Positions 19,266 through 29,737 of a DNA stretch of 64,000 nt are shown piece by piece. The translations under genes and the position numbers were made by a program. Each line of letters starts with the position of its first letter. Position 1 is the first letter of the stretch. This stretch comes from an uncultured Acidobacteriota bacterium (lineage in GTDB: Bacteria > Acidobacteriota > Vicinamibacteria > Fen-336). The DNA lies in assembly GCA_963720545.1 (NCBI GenBank), contig OY970399.1, forward strand, positions 1,152,001 to 1,216,000, given 5' to 3'. A model generated the notes under the pieces. That model had not been told where the DNA came from, ran no database searches, and saw only the letters and a program-made list of their open reading frames with translations.

Positions 19266-21599
19266 CTACCAGCGATAAGTGAAGCGCAGGTAAGCCGCCT
19301 TGGCATTGTAGTCGGCGTCGTTTGCGGCCAGGAAGAACGAGCCGGGCACGTAGTTGAGCAGACCGTCGGTGTTTGAGTCGTCGATCTCGTAGTCCTCGAC
19401 GAATCCGCCCAGCGCACACGACCACGATTTGGCGAATGCGAACCTCAGCTCGCCGCCGAGCCGAGTCGATCGCGTGTCGTCGTAGAGCGGAATGTCCAAC
19501 ACCCCGCCGACGTTGGCGCGGGCGGAGGCCGGCGCGCCACCCGGAGGCGCGAACAGATCGTTGTTGCCGTTCACCTTCTGATGGTGCCCGCTCACGTCGA
19601 GAAACCACTTGTCCTTGACCAGGGTAATGAGGGCGCCGGCGCCAATAGTGCTGACCTTGTCCTCCACGTCCGAGGTCCAGTCGTCGAGGGGATTGTCGGA
19701 CACCGTGGCTCCGCTTTGCCGTCCGCGCTGCGCGTTGGTGAGTTTTTTGCGGCTGTAAAACGCAAAGACCGTGAACCGCTCGTTGGGCGTGTAGTCGGCT
19801 TCGGCGGAGAAGGTGTCGTAAGTCGCGTTGGTCAGACCGTACCGGCTCTCTTCGTAGTCCTCATCTGTACGCAGGTAGGACAGGGCGAAGCTCGAGTTCC
19901 CTGTGGGCGTGAGCTGCAGGCTGCCACCAAAACGCGTCACGTCCCTCTTGGCCTGGTCGTAGCGCAGGTTGCACACCGGCCCGCCAGCGCCGCACAGGCT
20001 TGCGAAAACAGCGGCAAAGGCGGGATTTTCGGATGGCGGTGGGACAGCCAAGAGGTTCGCGGGCGCGCCGGGCTCCTGGAACGACGCCTCCTCGGATGCC
20101 TCGATCTCGAGGTGCTCGTAGTCGCGCTTGGCCTTCTCGAAGTTCGCGCGGAGGGATGACCCATCCGGTCGCACGAACGTCGGCAGCCAGCACGAGCCCG
20201 TTTTCACTCGTGTCCTCGGTTTCGCGGAACGTCCGCTTCATCCCCCGGTGCTTGAACCCGCCTTCGACCGTGACACGTCCCAGGTCATAGCTCGCTGTGG
20301 CGTCGAAACCCAGCGTTTCGAAGCCATAGGGCACGCCGATGCGGGGGATGTCCTCCCACACGGCGTCGAAGCGGACGTAGCCCGGGAACGCGATCCGCGC
20401 GGTCTCATTCGTCTGGTTGTACTTGCGCACGCGCGCCACCAGGGTGAGGTTGGCTGCTGGTCGCGAGGTGGCGTTCAGGTTGAGCGAGGTCACGTTGATC
20501 TGTCCGTCGAGCTGGCGGGCGGGCAGCGCCCCGGCGTCGGTCGCTGGAACGTGGCCCCTGTCCCCGTCTCGCCAACGACCGACGTGTTCGTGGTGTACGG
20601 GATGAAGGGCGTGCTGTCCTGGGTCCAGCGGCCCAGCGACGCGTTGGCGCTGATCCTGGTTCGCCGGGAAGGATCAGTGTGCCGCCGATGATCCGTTGAA
20701 GGCCTGGTTGTCGGGCGGAAGCGCCATGAGGCCGCGGACCGGACCGCCGACCGACGCCGTGCCGGGCGCCTGGTAGGCGTTTGGGTCCGTGGAGTCCGTG
20801 GCGCGGAAGGGATTGTCCCAGGCGAGGGTTTCGACCGGCTCTCGAACCAGTTGTAATGCAGCCCTGCGTGGAGTACGCCCCAATCGTCGCCGTATTCGAC
20901 GTCGGCGCCGACGTCCTGCGTGAGGTAGTGAAGCGGTTCCGGCAGCTCCACCACGTTGCCGAACCCGAACGACGTGCCCGATGCCGCCCGGTCCCCGGCC
21001 CGTCGCTCCCGGAAATAGGTGACCCTGACGGCGACGGGACCTTCCGGCGTCACGTTGAACACCAAGTGGCCGCGTTCACGCTGCAAGCTCAGGTCCACAC
21101 TGTTGGCGGCTGTGAGCGACGGACTTACCAAACCGTTGAGAAAATCGTAGTTGATCTGCGAACGAGGAACGGTGCCTTCCAGGGTCGTCTGGAAATTGCT
21201 CTGGAGCGTGTCGCTGACCTCCCACACACCCTCGCGCGTATTCGACAGGAGCGTGTGGCCGTTATTGCCGAAGTTGTGTGGGATCTGGTTGTATTGGCCG
21301 TCAACCGAAAACGCCCCCTTGCTCAGGCTCAGCCAGAACCGCTGGTCGCGCTGCTGCACGTTTCGGCCGGCGAGGTCCCACTGGAATCCGTCGTTCGCGC
21401 CATGGAACCTGAACGAGGCGGCCGTCAGGCCGTTGGGCAGATCGCGATACTCCTCGAACTTGGACGACGGGGTATCGCTGTCGGTCTGGCCCACGCCCAA
21501 CGTCACCTCGCCCGTCTCGAAGTCGGGCACGGCGGGTGGGGTCTGGCCCGAGGCGGTGCCGGCGATCAGGAACAAGCTGAACGCGACGGAACGAGTCAT
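19266..21599 (-). CDS. mtrB: MtrB/PioB/MtoB-family outer-membrane beta-barrel porin (about four frameshifts)
   Basis: Signal peptide; SSKFEEYRDLP and ELPEPL motifs; LPPDNQA; ends YLRFTYRW; directly follows decaheme cytochrome. Confidence 0.85.
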
Positions 21600-21603
21600 G
21601 GGT

Positions 21604-22560
21604 CTACCTCCCGAGGTACGGCCCGGAGGGCGCATTACCCCCATGGACGTTCTGGTGGCAGTTCTTGCAGGCGTGCTCCACCGCACGGTTGCTCACCGTC
21701 GGGATCCCCGTGCCACCCACGAGTCTCCCCGCCTGGGTGTTGCTCCCGTCGTACAGCGTTCCTGGGTGGCGCGTGTTCAAGTGGCAGCGCTGACAAAGAA
21801 ACGGCTGCTTGGCCACGAGCATCTTGTCGTGGTTGGAGCCGTGGGGGTCGTGGCACAGGGCGCAGTTCTCCCGCACTGGTGCGTGCTCCCACAGGAACGG
21901 ACCTCGCTTCTCCGTGTGGCATGTCAGGCATCCCTCGGTGATCCACTCTGCCTTGACCATCTTGGGCTTCGAGCCGTCGTGAGGGTCGTGGCAGTCGCTA
22001 CAACCCATCTTTCCCTCCCGTACCGGGTGATGCGAGGCTCGCAAGCTCTTGGCCCGGATCTGCTGATGGCACGTATAGCACGTGTCGACCTCGCGCGCGC
22101 TTTTGAGCTGGCTGCGAAGCGACTTGAAGGCATGAACCGAATGGCAGGATGTGCAACCGACACCACGCCGGTCGTGGACACCCCCGGCCCAGTTCCGTTG
22201 ATGTCCTTTCTCGTGGCATGACAAGCACGTTTCCACCACCTTGGCCGGCTTCATTTCTGCCAGGGATGTTATTGGCCCGGGCTCGCCGTTTTCGAGGACG
22301 GACTTGAGGTGCGCGGTCGCGTCGGCGTGGCAAGACCCGCAACTCCCCTCGAGAGCGGCGTGAGGCGTTCCCTGGGACCCATGCACGGCCTGCTCGTGGC
22401 ACGTCGCGCATTCCTGAGCGTCGATCGTGGACGCGGCCGGGGCCTGCTTCGTGTCCGTGGCTTGAGCCTGCGCGGCTATGGACGAGCCTTCGACCAAGGC
22501 CGACAACAATGCGCCGCCAGCCAGGAAACCCAATGCCAATCCTGCTCGCAGTCCCATCAT
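21604..22560 (-). CDS. mtrA: DmsE/MtrA/MtoA-family periplasmic decaheme cytochrome c
   Basis: Ten CxxCH motifs counted; EKRGPFLWEHAPV and HG.N.PSG C-terminus; signal peptide. Confidence 0.93.
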   Translation of the reverse strand: MMGLRAGLALGFLAGGALLSALVEGSSIAAQAQATDTKQAPAASTIDAQECATCHEQAVHGSQGTPHAALEGSCGSCHADATAHLKSVLENGEPGPITSLAEMKPAKVVETCLSCHEKGHQRNWAGGVHDRRGVGCTSCHSVHAFKSLRSQLKSAREVDTCYTCHQQIRAKSLRASHHPVREGKMGCSDCHDPHDGSKPKMVKAEWITEGCLTCHTEKRGPFLWEHAPVRENCALCHDPHGSNHDKMLVAKQPFLCQRCHLNTRHPGTLYDGSNTQAGRLVGGTGIPTVSNRAVEHACKNCHQNVHGGNAPSGPYLGR

Positions 22561-23107
22561 GAGCGCACCGCGGCCGCCTTTCGAATACGATCCCGTTGAT
22601 GCTCGAAGGCTATTGGTGCACTTTACCCGGAATCAATGGATCGTTTGCATCATGCGGGCCACGGCTGACCCGGTCTTCGCTGACGGCGGTCAGAATGCGC
22701 CCGGAGTGTCCACCGCTCTCCGCGTCGGCCATGTCGGAGAGGTCAGCCCCACTGCTCTCCAGCCGTCGCTGACCCGTCGGTTTTGGTGTGCCTCAGTGCT
22801 CCGCTCGGGACGCTTGCACGGGCTTCACACGGCGCCTGGTGCTGACAACTTGACATGCGAAGCCTGATCAATTGGTCGCCCTCGGCAACAACCAGCACCT
22901 GTACCGTTCCAATGCGCATACCGGGTAGCCCTGCTCCAGGAACCGTGCCAGCGGCCAACGCGGGTGTTGTCATGTGCCAGCAACGCGTTCCAAGCCGTTG
23001 GCCCGCCTGCACGCGCAAAGAACGACGGCTCTGGCGCCGGTGCGCGCAGTTCCTGCGCGAAAGTCAGGGATGCTCGCGGTCGCCGGACCTGGGCTCCTCT
23101 GGTCGGA

Positions 23108-23772
23108 TCAACCTCGTCCGAAAGCAAGCGAGACCGCTTCCAGCTTCGAATGCACACCCAGCTTTTCGAGAATGTTATGGACGTGGTTACGCACCGTCGC
23201 AAGGCTGACGCCAAGCTTGCGCGCAACCTCCTTGTTCGGCATGCCTCGGCGCAATCGACAGGAGGATCTCGCGCTCGCGGCTTGTCAACGGTGGCTCCGT
23301 GGGCGATGGGGGCTCCCACGGGGTCGGGTGCGTCTCGAACCCGGCCGCGATGCGTTTCGAGCCCAGCTGTTCGAGGGCGCGGGCTAGCTTCCGACTTGGT
23401 CGATGGGCTGAAGGATATGCACGAGAGCATACAGATCGGCACGCACGCCCGGTACCTGAACGATCGTCACGTCGACCGACCGCCGTGCTTTCCCGCCAGC
23501 GCAAACGGTCAACTCGAAAGGCGCCAACGGCTCGCCGCACGCAGCCCCGCTTTCACGGGGCAATTCTCATAACAAAACCGGTTGCCGAACACGTCACGTC
23601 CGACCAAGGCGTCGTAGCAGCGCGTACCGAGCACCTCCTCTGCTCTACGTCCGAGGACATCGGCCGCCCCGCTATTGCAGAACACGACGCGGTCACGCGA
23701 ATCCGTCGCAATGGCCGGCGGGTACCCCGATGCCAGCAAGTCCAAGAGTTCGGCTTCGCGCTCGTCGTCCAC
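23108..23772 (-). pseudogene. PAS + LuxR-HTH transcriptional regulator (frameshifted)
   Basis: PAS segment VVFCNSGAADVLG..EEVLGTRCY..GRDVFGNRFC; LTSREREIL and TVRNHVHNILEKLGVHSKLEAV in other frames. Confidence 0.75.
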
Positions 23773-23878
23773 GCTCACCTCCGTCCGTCCGAGGAGCAAG
23801 CGCCGTGCCAGACGTGCCGTGTGTGCTGTCTACTTCGAGGAATGCGGTGAAATGGTGGGTGCTACGTCCAGTGCGGTG

Positions 23879-24035
23879 CTAAAAGAATGCATCCTCCTCG
23901 AAGCGAGCCAACGCAGTTGCTTGAGCGCGAACAAAGGCCGTAACCTCGGTCCGCAACCGAACTCGCCCGGCAAGTGCCAGGAATTCCTCACCGTCGCGAC
24001 GCGTGAGGTTGGCCACCGAACCAACATCGCTCCTG
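23879..24035 (-). pseudogene. C-terminal remnant of a zinc-dependent alcohol dehydrogenase
   Basis: SVANLTRRDGEEFLALA..RTEV motif with no upstream catalytic domain. Confidence 0.55.
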
Positions 24036-24193
24036 CCACAATTCGCGGGCGGAGCCCGGCGGCGGCCAGCCGGACGAGGAGTCAGCTTCACGATCGCGGC
24101 GATTCTATCCGCACGCGAACGCATGCGAGCGCCGTGAGGAGATGGTGACCCAGTCACGGTCTGATACGCTCTCCCCCGATCCAAGGGGGAACC

Positions 24194-25403
24194 ATGGGCG
24201 ACGACACACGCAGGCGTGTCCTGAAGTCCATTCTTGCCGCGCCGGCACTCTTCGGTCTGGCACGCGCGCTCCGCGCAGGCGCTCAGGACGACTCGTTGAT
24301 CGCTTCCGCTGCCGAGGCGCGGGATGTGTTCGACTTCGAGCGGCTCGCGCGCACTAAGGTGCCGACCGCCCACTGGGGTTATCTCGCGACCGGCGTGGAC
24401 GGCGATGCGACGCTCCACGCCAACGACGCGGGCTTCGCGAACTACAGCCTGCGCGTGCGGCGGATGGTGGACACATCCCGGATCGACACGTCCATCAGCC
24501 TCTTCGGCACGACCTGGCAGTCGCCGATCTTCCTCGATCCGGTCGGCAGCCAGCGCGCGTTCCACCCGGACGGTGAAATCGCGAGCGCGAAAGCGGCCCG
24601 CGCGCAGAAACGCCTGCAGATCGTCTCGACGGTTGCATCGAACAGCGTCGAAGACGTTAGCGCCGCGCGCGGCGAGCCGGTTTGGTATCAGCTCTACCCC
24701 ACCGACCAGTGGCCCGTGACCCAGGCACTCGTGCGTCGTGCCGAGGCAACCGGCTGCCCCGTGTTGGTGTTGACGGTTGACCTGCAGGGCGGCTCGAACC
24801 GTGTCACGCTCGCGCGCGCAGTTGCACACGATTCGCGCAACTGTAGCGCTTGCCACGCGGCCAGCACGCGGCTCGCCGTCGAAATCTCACGCAAGCCGAT
24901 GTTCCGGGAGCTCGACGTCACGGCAGTTGAGGACCTGACGCCGCCCGACATGAACTGGGACTACCTCAAGCGCCTGCGCGACATCTGGCCGCGCAAGCTC
25001 GTCGTCAAAGGCCTCGTCACGCGCGAGGACGCGCTGCTCGCGGTCGAGCACGGCGTCGACGGCATCATCGTCTCGAACCACGGAGGGCGTGCCGAGGACA
25101 GCGGCCGAGCTTCGATCGACAGCCTCGCTGAAGTCGCGCCGGCAGTTGCCGGCCGTGTGCCGGTGCTTGTGGACGGTGGGGTGCGTCGCGGCGCCGACGT
25201 TTTCAAGGCGTTGGCGCTCGGCGCCACTGCGGTCGGCATCGGCCGGCCCTACATCTGGGGACTCGCGTCGCTTCGGGCAGGAAGGCGTCGAGCGCGTGCT
25301 CGAGATGCTGCACTCGGAGCTCGCCGGCACCATGCGGCAGGCGGGAACACGCAGCGTGGCCGAGATCGACGCGTCACGCATTGTCGACCGACGGCGGGCA
25401 TGA
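24194..25403 (+). CDS. FMN-dependent alpha-hydroxy acid oxidase with Tat signal (frameshift near 25270)
   Basis: TRRRVLK signal; WYQLY, LTVD, VVKG, SNHGGR, DGGVRRG, GRP. Confidence 0.9.
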
Positions 25404-26876
25404 GGCGCCGCGAACTCCTGGCAAGCCTGGCTGGCGTCGCGGCATATGCCGGTCGCCACGGTATCGCAAGGCACGAGATCGCTGCACTACTCGAGCCTGG
25501 CGGACGTCGCCAGGCTGATTGCGGCGCGAGAAATCCAGTCGTTCGATCTGACGCAACAACTGCTCGACCGGATCGCCTCCGTGGACCGGCGCCTGCAGAG
25601 TTACGTCACGGTCATGGCCGACCAGGCGATGGCGAGCGCTCGGCGCGCGGACGCTGAGATCCGCGCCGGCCGGTACCGAGGGCCTCTGCATGGGATGCCC
25701 ATCGCGGTGAAAGACCTTTGCTATACGCGCGGCGTTCGCACCATGGCGGGCACCAAGGTCCTGACGGACTTCGTACCCGATTTCGACGCGACCGTCGTCG
25801 CCCGACTCGAAGGTGCGGGTGCGGTCATCCTCGGCAAGCTCGTGCTGTGCGAAGGTGCCTTCGGTCCGTACTTTCCCGGTCTGCAGGTGCCGGTGAACCC
25901 GTGGGACAGCACACGGTGGAGCGGAGTGTCGTCGAGCGGCTCCGGCGTGGCGACGGCAGCCGGCTTGTGCTTTGCGTCGGTTGGTACGGACACCGGGGGC
26001 TCGATCAGATACCCATCGGCCGCGAATGGCTGCGTCGGGCTCAAGCCGACGTATGGCCGGGTGAGCCGCTACGGCGTATTCGCCCTGGCCGCATCCATGG
26101 ATCACGTCGGACCGATGGCTCGCACCGTGGAAGACGCCGCAATCATGTTCGAAGCGATGGCCGGCCCCGATCCCCACGACCCGACGTCGCTGCCGGACGC
26201 GGTGCCCTCGGTACGTGCCGAACTGGGTCGAGGAATCGCCGGCCTGCGCGTCGGTTTCGACCGTCGCTATGCCACCGACAACGTCGACCCTGATGTGGCC
26301 CGGGCGATGGATGACGTGCTCGCGGCGCTGACCCGATTGGGCGCGACCGTCGTGAGCGTCGACATGCCGGACGTCAGCAAAGTCGGCAGCGCGTGGCTCG
26401 ACCTGTGTACGGTCGAGGCGCTTGCCGCCAATGCGAAAACGTTCCCAGCCCGGGCCAGCGAGTACGGGCCGGGGCTGCGCGCCGCGCTCGAGTCTGGTCA
26501 ACGAGTCACTCCCGCGGCGCTGGCGGCCGCCAGGAAGGTTCGAGCAGAAGTGACCGCGTCACTCGAACGCATGCTGAACACCGTCGATTGCCTGGTGTGT
26601 CCGTCGCTGGCGAACAGCGCACGCGTAAAAGAGGCTGATCCGTTCGACGTCGAGACCGAGGAATCGTGGAGCGCTCAGGTCAGGAATGACGTTCACGCCC
26701 AGCCGTTCAACTTCAGCGGCAGCCCCACCCTCTCCGTACCGTGCGGCTTCTCGACGGACGGCCTGCCGCTAAGCGTGCAGTTCGTGGGTCGCCGGTTGAA
26801 CGAATCGGTGTTGTGCCGCGTGGGTCACGCGTACGAGCAGGCGACCCCGTGGCACTCGAGGCATCCGGCCATCTAA
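25400..26876 (+). CDS. Amidase-signature family enzyme, probable Tat signal (frameshift near 25445)
   Basis: MRRRELL N-terminus in another frame; GPLHGMPIAVKD, SGVSSSGS, GTDTGGSIR. Confidence 0.88.
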
Positions 26877-26893
26877 CCGGCGCACAGGTGGAC

Positions 26894-27361
26894 ATGAAGG
26901 CAACACGTCTGGCGATCGTGGTCGCGGTTGGTCTGGCTCTCCAAGGCGCGACCGGCGCGCCCGCTGACCCAAGCAAGCAGGTCACGGCGTTGGTCCCGGC
27001 GGACATTCAGTGGTTCACCCCGCCTTACTACACCGACGGCAGGCAGAGAGCGCTGCTTCGCGGCGATTCATCCAAAGGCGGAGACTGGATCGACAGGGTG
27101 AAAATTCCCGCCGGTTCGCGAGTCCGCTCGCATACGCATCCGGATGACGAAATTCGCACTGTGATCGAAGGTACTTGGTACCTGGGGATTGGGGACCAGT
27201 TCGACGAAACAAAGCTCAAGGCTTATCCGGCTGGCAGCTTCATAGTCATCCCAGCGGAGGTGCCACACTTTGTCGCGACGAGAGAGGGTCCTGTAATCGT
27301 TCAGGCCAGCGGTCACGGCGTTTTTCGGACGACCTACCTGGAAGAGGACAAACCGAAGTAG
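26894..27361 (+). CDS. Exported cupin-domain protein
   Basis: Signal peptide; HTHPDDE..VIEG and PAEVPHF cupin motifs. Confidence 0.82.
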   Translation: MKATRLAIVVAVGLALQGATGAPADPSKQVTALVPADIQWFTPPYYTDGRQRALLRGDSSKGGDWIDRVKIPAGSRVRSHTHPDDEIRTVIEGTWYLGIGDQFDETKLKAYPAGSFIVIPAEVPHFVATREGPVIVQASGHGVFRTTYLEEDKPK

Positions 27362-27402
27362 AGCGATGGCGAGCAGATGCGAAAGGCTATGAAACGGGCC
27401 AG

Positions 27403-28293
27403 TTATTTTCGCTGAACGTCAGGCTCTGATACCGGCACGGCGAGGACCGGGCACGAGGCGCCTCGGATCACGCGGTCGGTCTGGCTGCCCAGGATGCGAT
27501 CGCCGAAGCTGTCAGCGCCGCGTGTCGCCATGACGATGGCGCCCGCATCGACTTCCGCTGCGACGCCAATGATCTGGTGCCATGGCACGCCTTGTTCCAC
27601 ACGTGGAGTGACCCGGATGCCGTCGAAGCTCTCGAGCAGTTTGCGCAGCCGCGTTTCTGTCGGCATCTCGCCAGAGAGGTCGTGGAGGTCGGCGTCAGGC
27701 GCCGGTCCAGCGGTCTTCTTGACGTGAACCACGACGACCTCGGAACCAAAAGTGCGAGCTAGCAGATGCGCGTGCGGCAGCGCTGCATCCGACTGCGGGG
27801 AGAAGTCGGTCGCCAATACCACGCGCGCGTAGGGCGTTGCGCCAGGCGCCTTGGCGCGCGCCGGCACAGCGAAGATCGGCGTGTGAGCGGTCCGCAACAC
27901 CTCTCCGGTGACGCTCCCCAGGAAGAAGCTGCCAACGTCTCCGCGGGCGTGCGTCGCCATCACGACGAGGTCGGGAGCGGACGCCGCGACCTGGCGTGTC
28001 ACCGCGAGATCGATCAACCCCGGTCTGCCCGGTTCCGAATCGAGAACGATGGCGGGACGTTCTTCGAACCCGCCGCTGCGTTGTTCGAGCGCCGCGGTGG
28101 CAGCCGCCAGCGCGTCTCGCCTTACTTCCTCCTCGTTCTTGACCCAGTTGAGTACCGCGTCGCCGCGGAGTGAGAGCGCGTGGTACAGCGTTACCTGCGC
28201 TTCGAAGGCGGACGCCAGCACGCGAGCGTGTTCTAGCGCCCGATCCGAAGCAGGGCTGAAATCGACAGGCGCCAGGATCTTTCCTACCCTCAT
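27403..28293 (-). CDS. Tandem universal stress protein
   Basis: ILAPVDFS, VMATH..LGSVT, LATDFS, LGSQTDRVIR. Confidence 0.9.
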   Translation of the reverse strand: MRVGKILAPVDFSPASDRALEHARVLASAFEAQVTLYHALSLRGDAVLNWVKNEEEVRRDALAAATAALEQRSGGFEERPAIVLDSEPGRPGLIDLAVTRQVAASAPDLVVMATHARGDVGSFFLGSVTGEVLRTAHTPIFAVPARAKAPGATPYARVVLATDFSPQSDAALPHAHLLARTFGSEVVVVHVKKTAGPAPDADLHDLSGEMPTETRLRKLLESFDGIRVTPRVEQGVPWHQIIGVAAEVDAGAIVMATRGADSFGDRILGSQTDRVIRGASCPVLAVPVSEPDVQRK

Positions 28294-28329
28294 GGTGGCG
28301 AGCTTAGCCCGAGTAGTATTCCTGTTCCC

Positions 28330-29730
28330 ATGCTGCTGACGCTCAGGACCACCCACCAGCCGGCGACCGATCTTGGCTACCTGCTGCACAAGAACCCGGC
28401 GAAGCTCCAGAGCTTCGACCTGTCATTCGGCAAGGCGCACGTTTTCTATCCCGAGGCTTCGACGGAGAGCTGCACGGCTGCCCTGCTTCTCGACGTGGAT
28501 CCGATCGGGCTCGTGCGTGGTCGCAAGGGGCCGCCGGGAGAAGGCTTCGTCTTGGATCAGTACGTCAGCGATCGGCCGTATGCCGCCTCCTCATTCCTGA
28601 GCGTTGCGATTGCGCGCGTCCTGGGTTCGGCGCTCGGCGGACGAAGCACGAACCATCAGGAGCTGGCGAACACGCCGATCGCCCTCACCGCGCGGATCTC
28701 CGCCCTGCCCTGCCGCGGCGGCGAGGGATTTCTCCGCTCCCTGTTCGAGCCGCTGGGCTACTCGGTGACGGCCACTCGCCATGCGCTCGACGACCAGTTC
28801 CCGGCCTGGGGCGACAGCGCTTACTTCACCGTGGAACTCGCCGCGCACTGCCGCCTGAGCGACCTGTTGACGCAGCTCTATGTCCTGATACCCGTTCTGG
28901 ACGACGACAAACACTACTGGGTCGGTGAGGACGAGGTCGAGAAGCTGTTGCGGCACGGTGAGGGATGGCTGGCTGCGCATCCACAACGCGACGCGATCGC
29001 CTTTCGATACCTGAAGCATCGCCGCCACCTCATGCGGCAGACGCTGGCGCGTCTCGTGGAGGAGGACCAGGAAGACCCCGATGAGGCGGCACTGGTCCAT
29101 GGCCAGGAAGAGGAAGGCCTGGAGAAGCGCATCAGCCTGAATGAAGAGCGGCTCGCAGCTGTGTTGGCAGCGCTGAAGGCATCGCAAGCAACGCGGGTCC
29201 TGGATCTTGGTTGTGGCGAAGGCAAACTCCTGAAGGCGCTGCTGGCTGAGCGTCAGTTCGAGGAGATTACGGGTGTCGACGTGTCCACCAGAACGCTGGA
29301 GCGGGCCGCCGATCGCCTGAAGCTGGAGCAGCTCCCGCCGAAACAGCGTGAGCGCATCCACCTGTTGCAGGGCGCCCTCACCTACAAGGACAAGCGCCTG
29401 CAGGGTTTCGATGCAGCGGCGGTGGTCGAGGTCGTCGAACACCTCGATCCGTCACGGCTCGACGCTTTCTCCCGAGTCCTGTTCGAGTGCGCGCGGCCGG
29501 GGACAGTCGTCGTCACGACACCCAACGCCGAATACAACGTGCGCTTCGAGGGCCTGCCGGCCGGCACGTTCCGCCACAAGGACCATCGCTTCGAATGGAC
29601 GCGTGCCGAGTTCCAGGAATGGAGCGCCGGTGTTGCGAGTCGTTTTGGTTACGCCGTCCGGCTTGCCCCGATCGGCCCGAGCGACCCCGAGGTCGGCTCG
29701 CCGACTCAGATGGCTGTCTTCACTTGCTGA
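28330..29730 (+). CDS. hen1: Bacterial Hen1 3'-terminal RNA ribose 2'-O-methyltransferase
   Basis: MLLTL..ATDLGYLLHKNP N-terminal ligase-activating domain; DLGCGEG, EVVEH, RHKDHRFEW. Confidence 0.95.
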   Translation: MLLTLRTTHQPATDLGYLLHKNPAKLQSFDLSFGKAHVFYPEASTESCTAALLLDVDPIGLVRGRKGPPGEGFVLDQYVSDRPYAASSFLSVAIARVLGSALGGRSTNHQELANTPIALTARISALPCRGGEGFLRSLFEPLGYSVTATRHALDDQFPAWGDSAYFTVELAAHCRLSDLLTQLYVLIPVLDDDKHYWVGEDEVEKLLRHGEGWLAAHPQRDAIAFRYLKHRRHLMRQTLARLVEEDQEDPDEAALVHGQEEEGLEKRISLNEERLAAVLAALKASQATRVLDLGCGEGKLLKALLAERQFEEITGVDVSTRTLERAADRLKLEQLPPKQRERIHLLQGALTYKDKRLQGFDAAAVVEVVEHLDPSRLDAFSRVLFECARPGTVVVTTPNAEYNVRFEGLPAGTFRHKDHRFEWTRAEFQEWSAGVASRFGYAVRLAPIGPSDPEVGSPTQMAVFTC

Positions 29731-29737
29731 CGCATCG

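Noticed and set aside
22596..22640. FNR box upstream of mtrA
   Set aside because: Only isolated half-sites (TTGAT, ATCAA) without the correct 4-bp spacing
22743..23018. Small ORF between mtrA and the regulator
   Set aside because: No RBS, motif or codon bias I can support; may be regulatory DNA or a remnant
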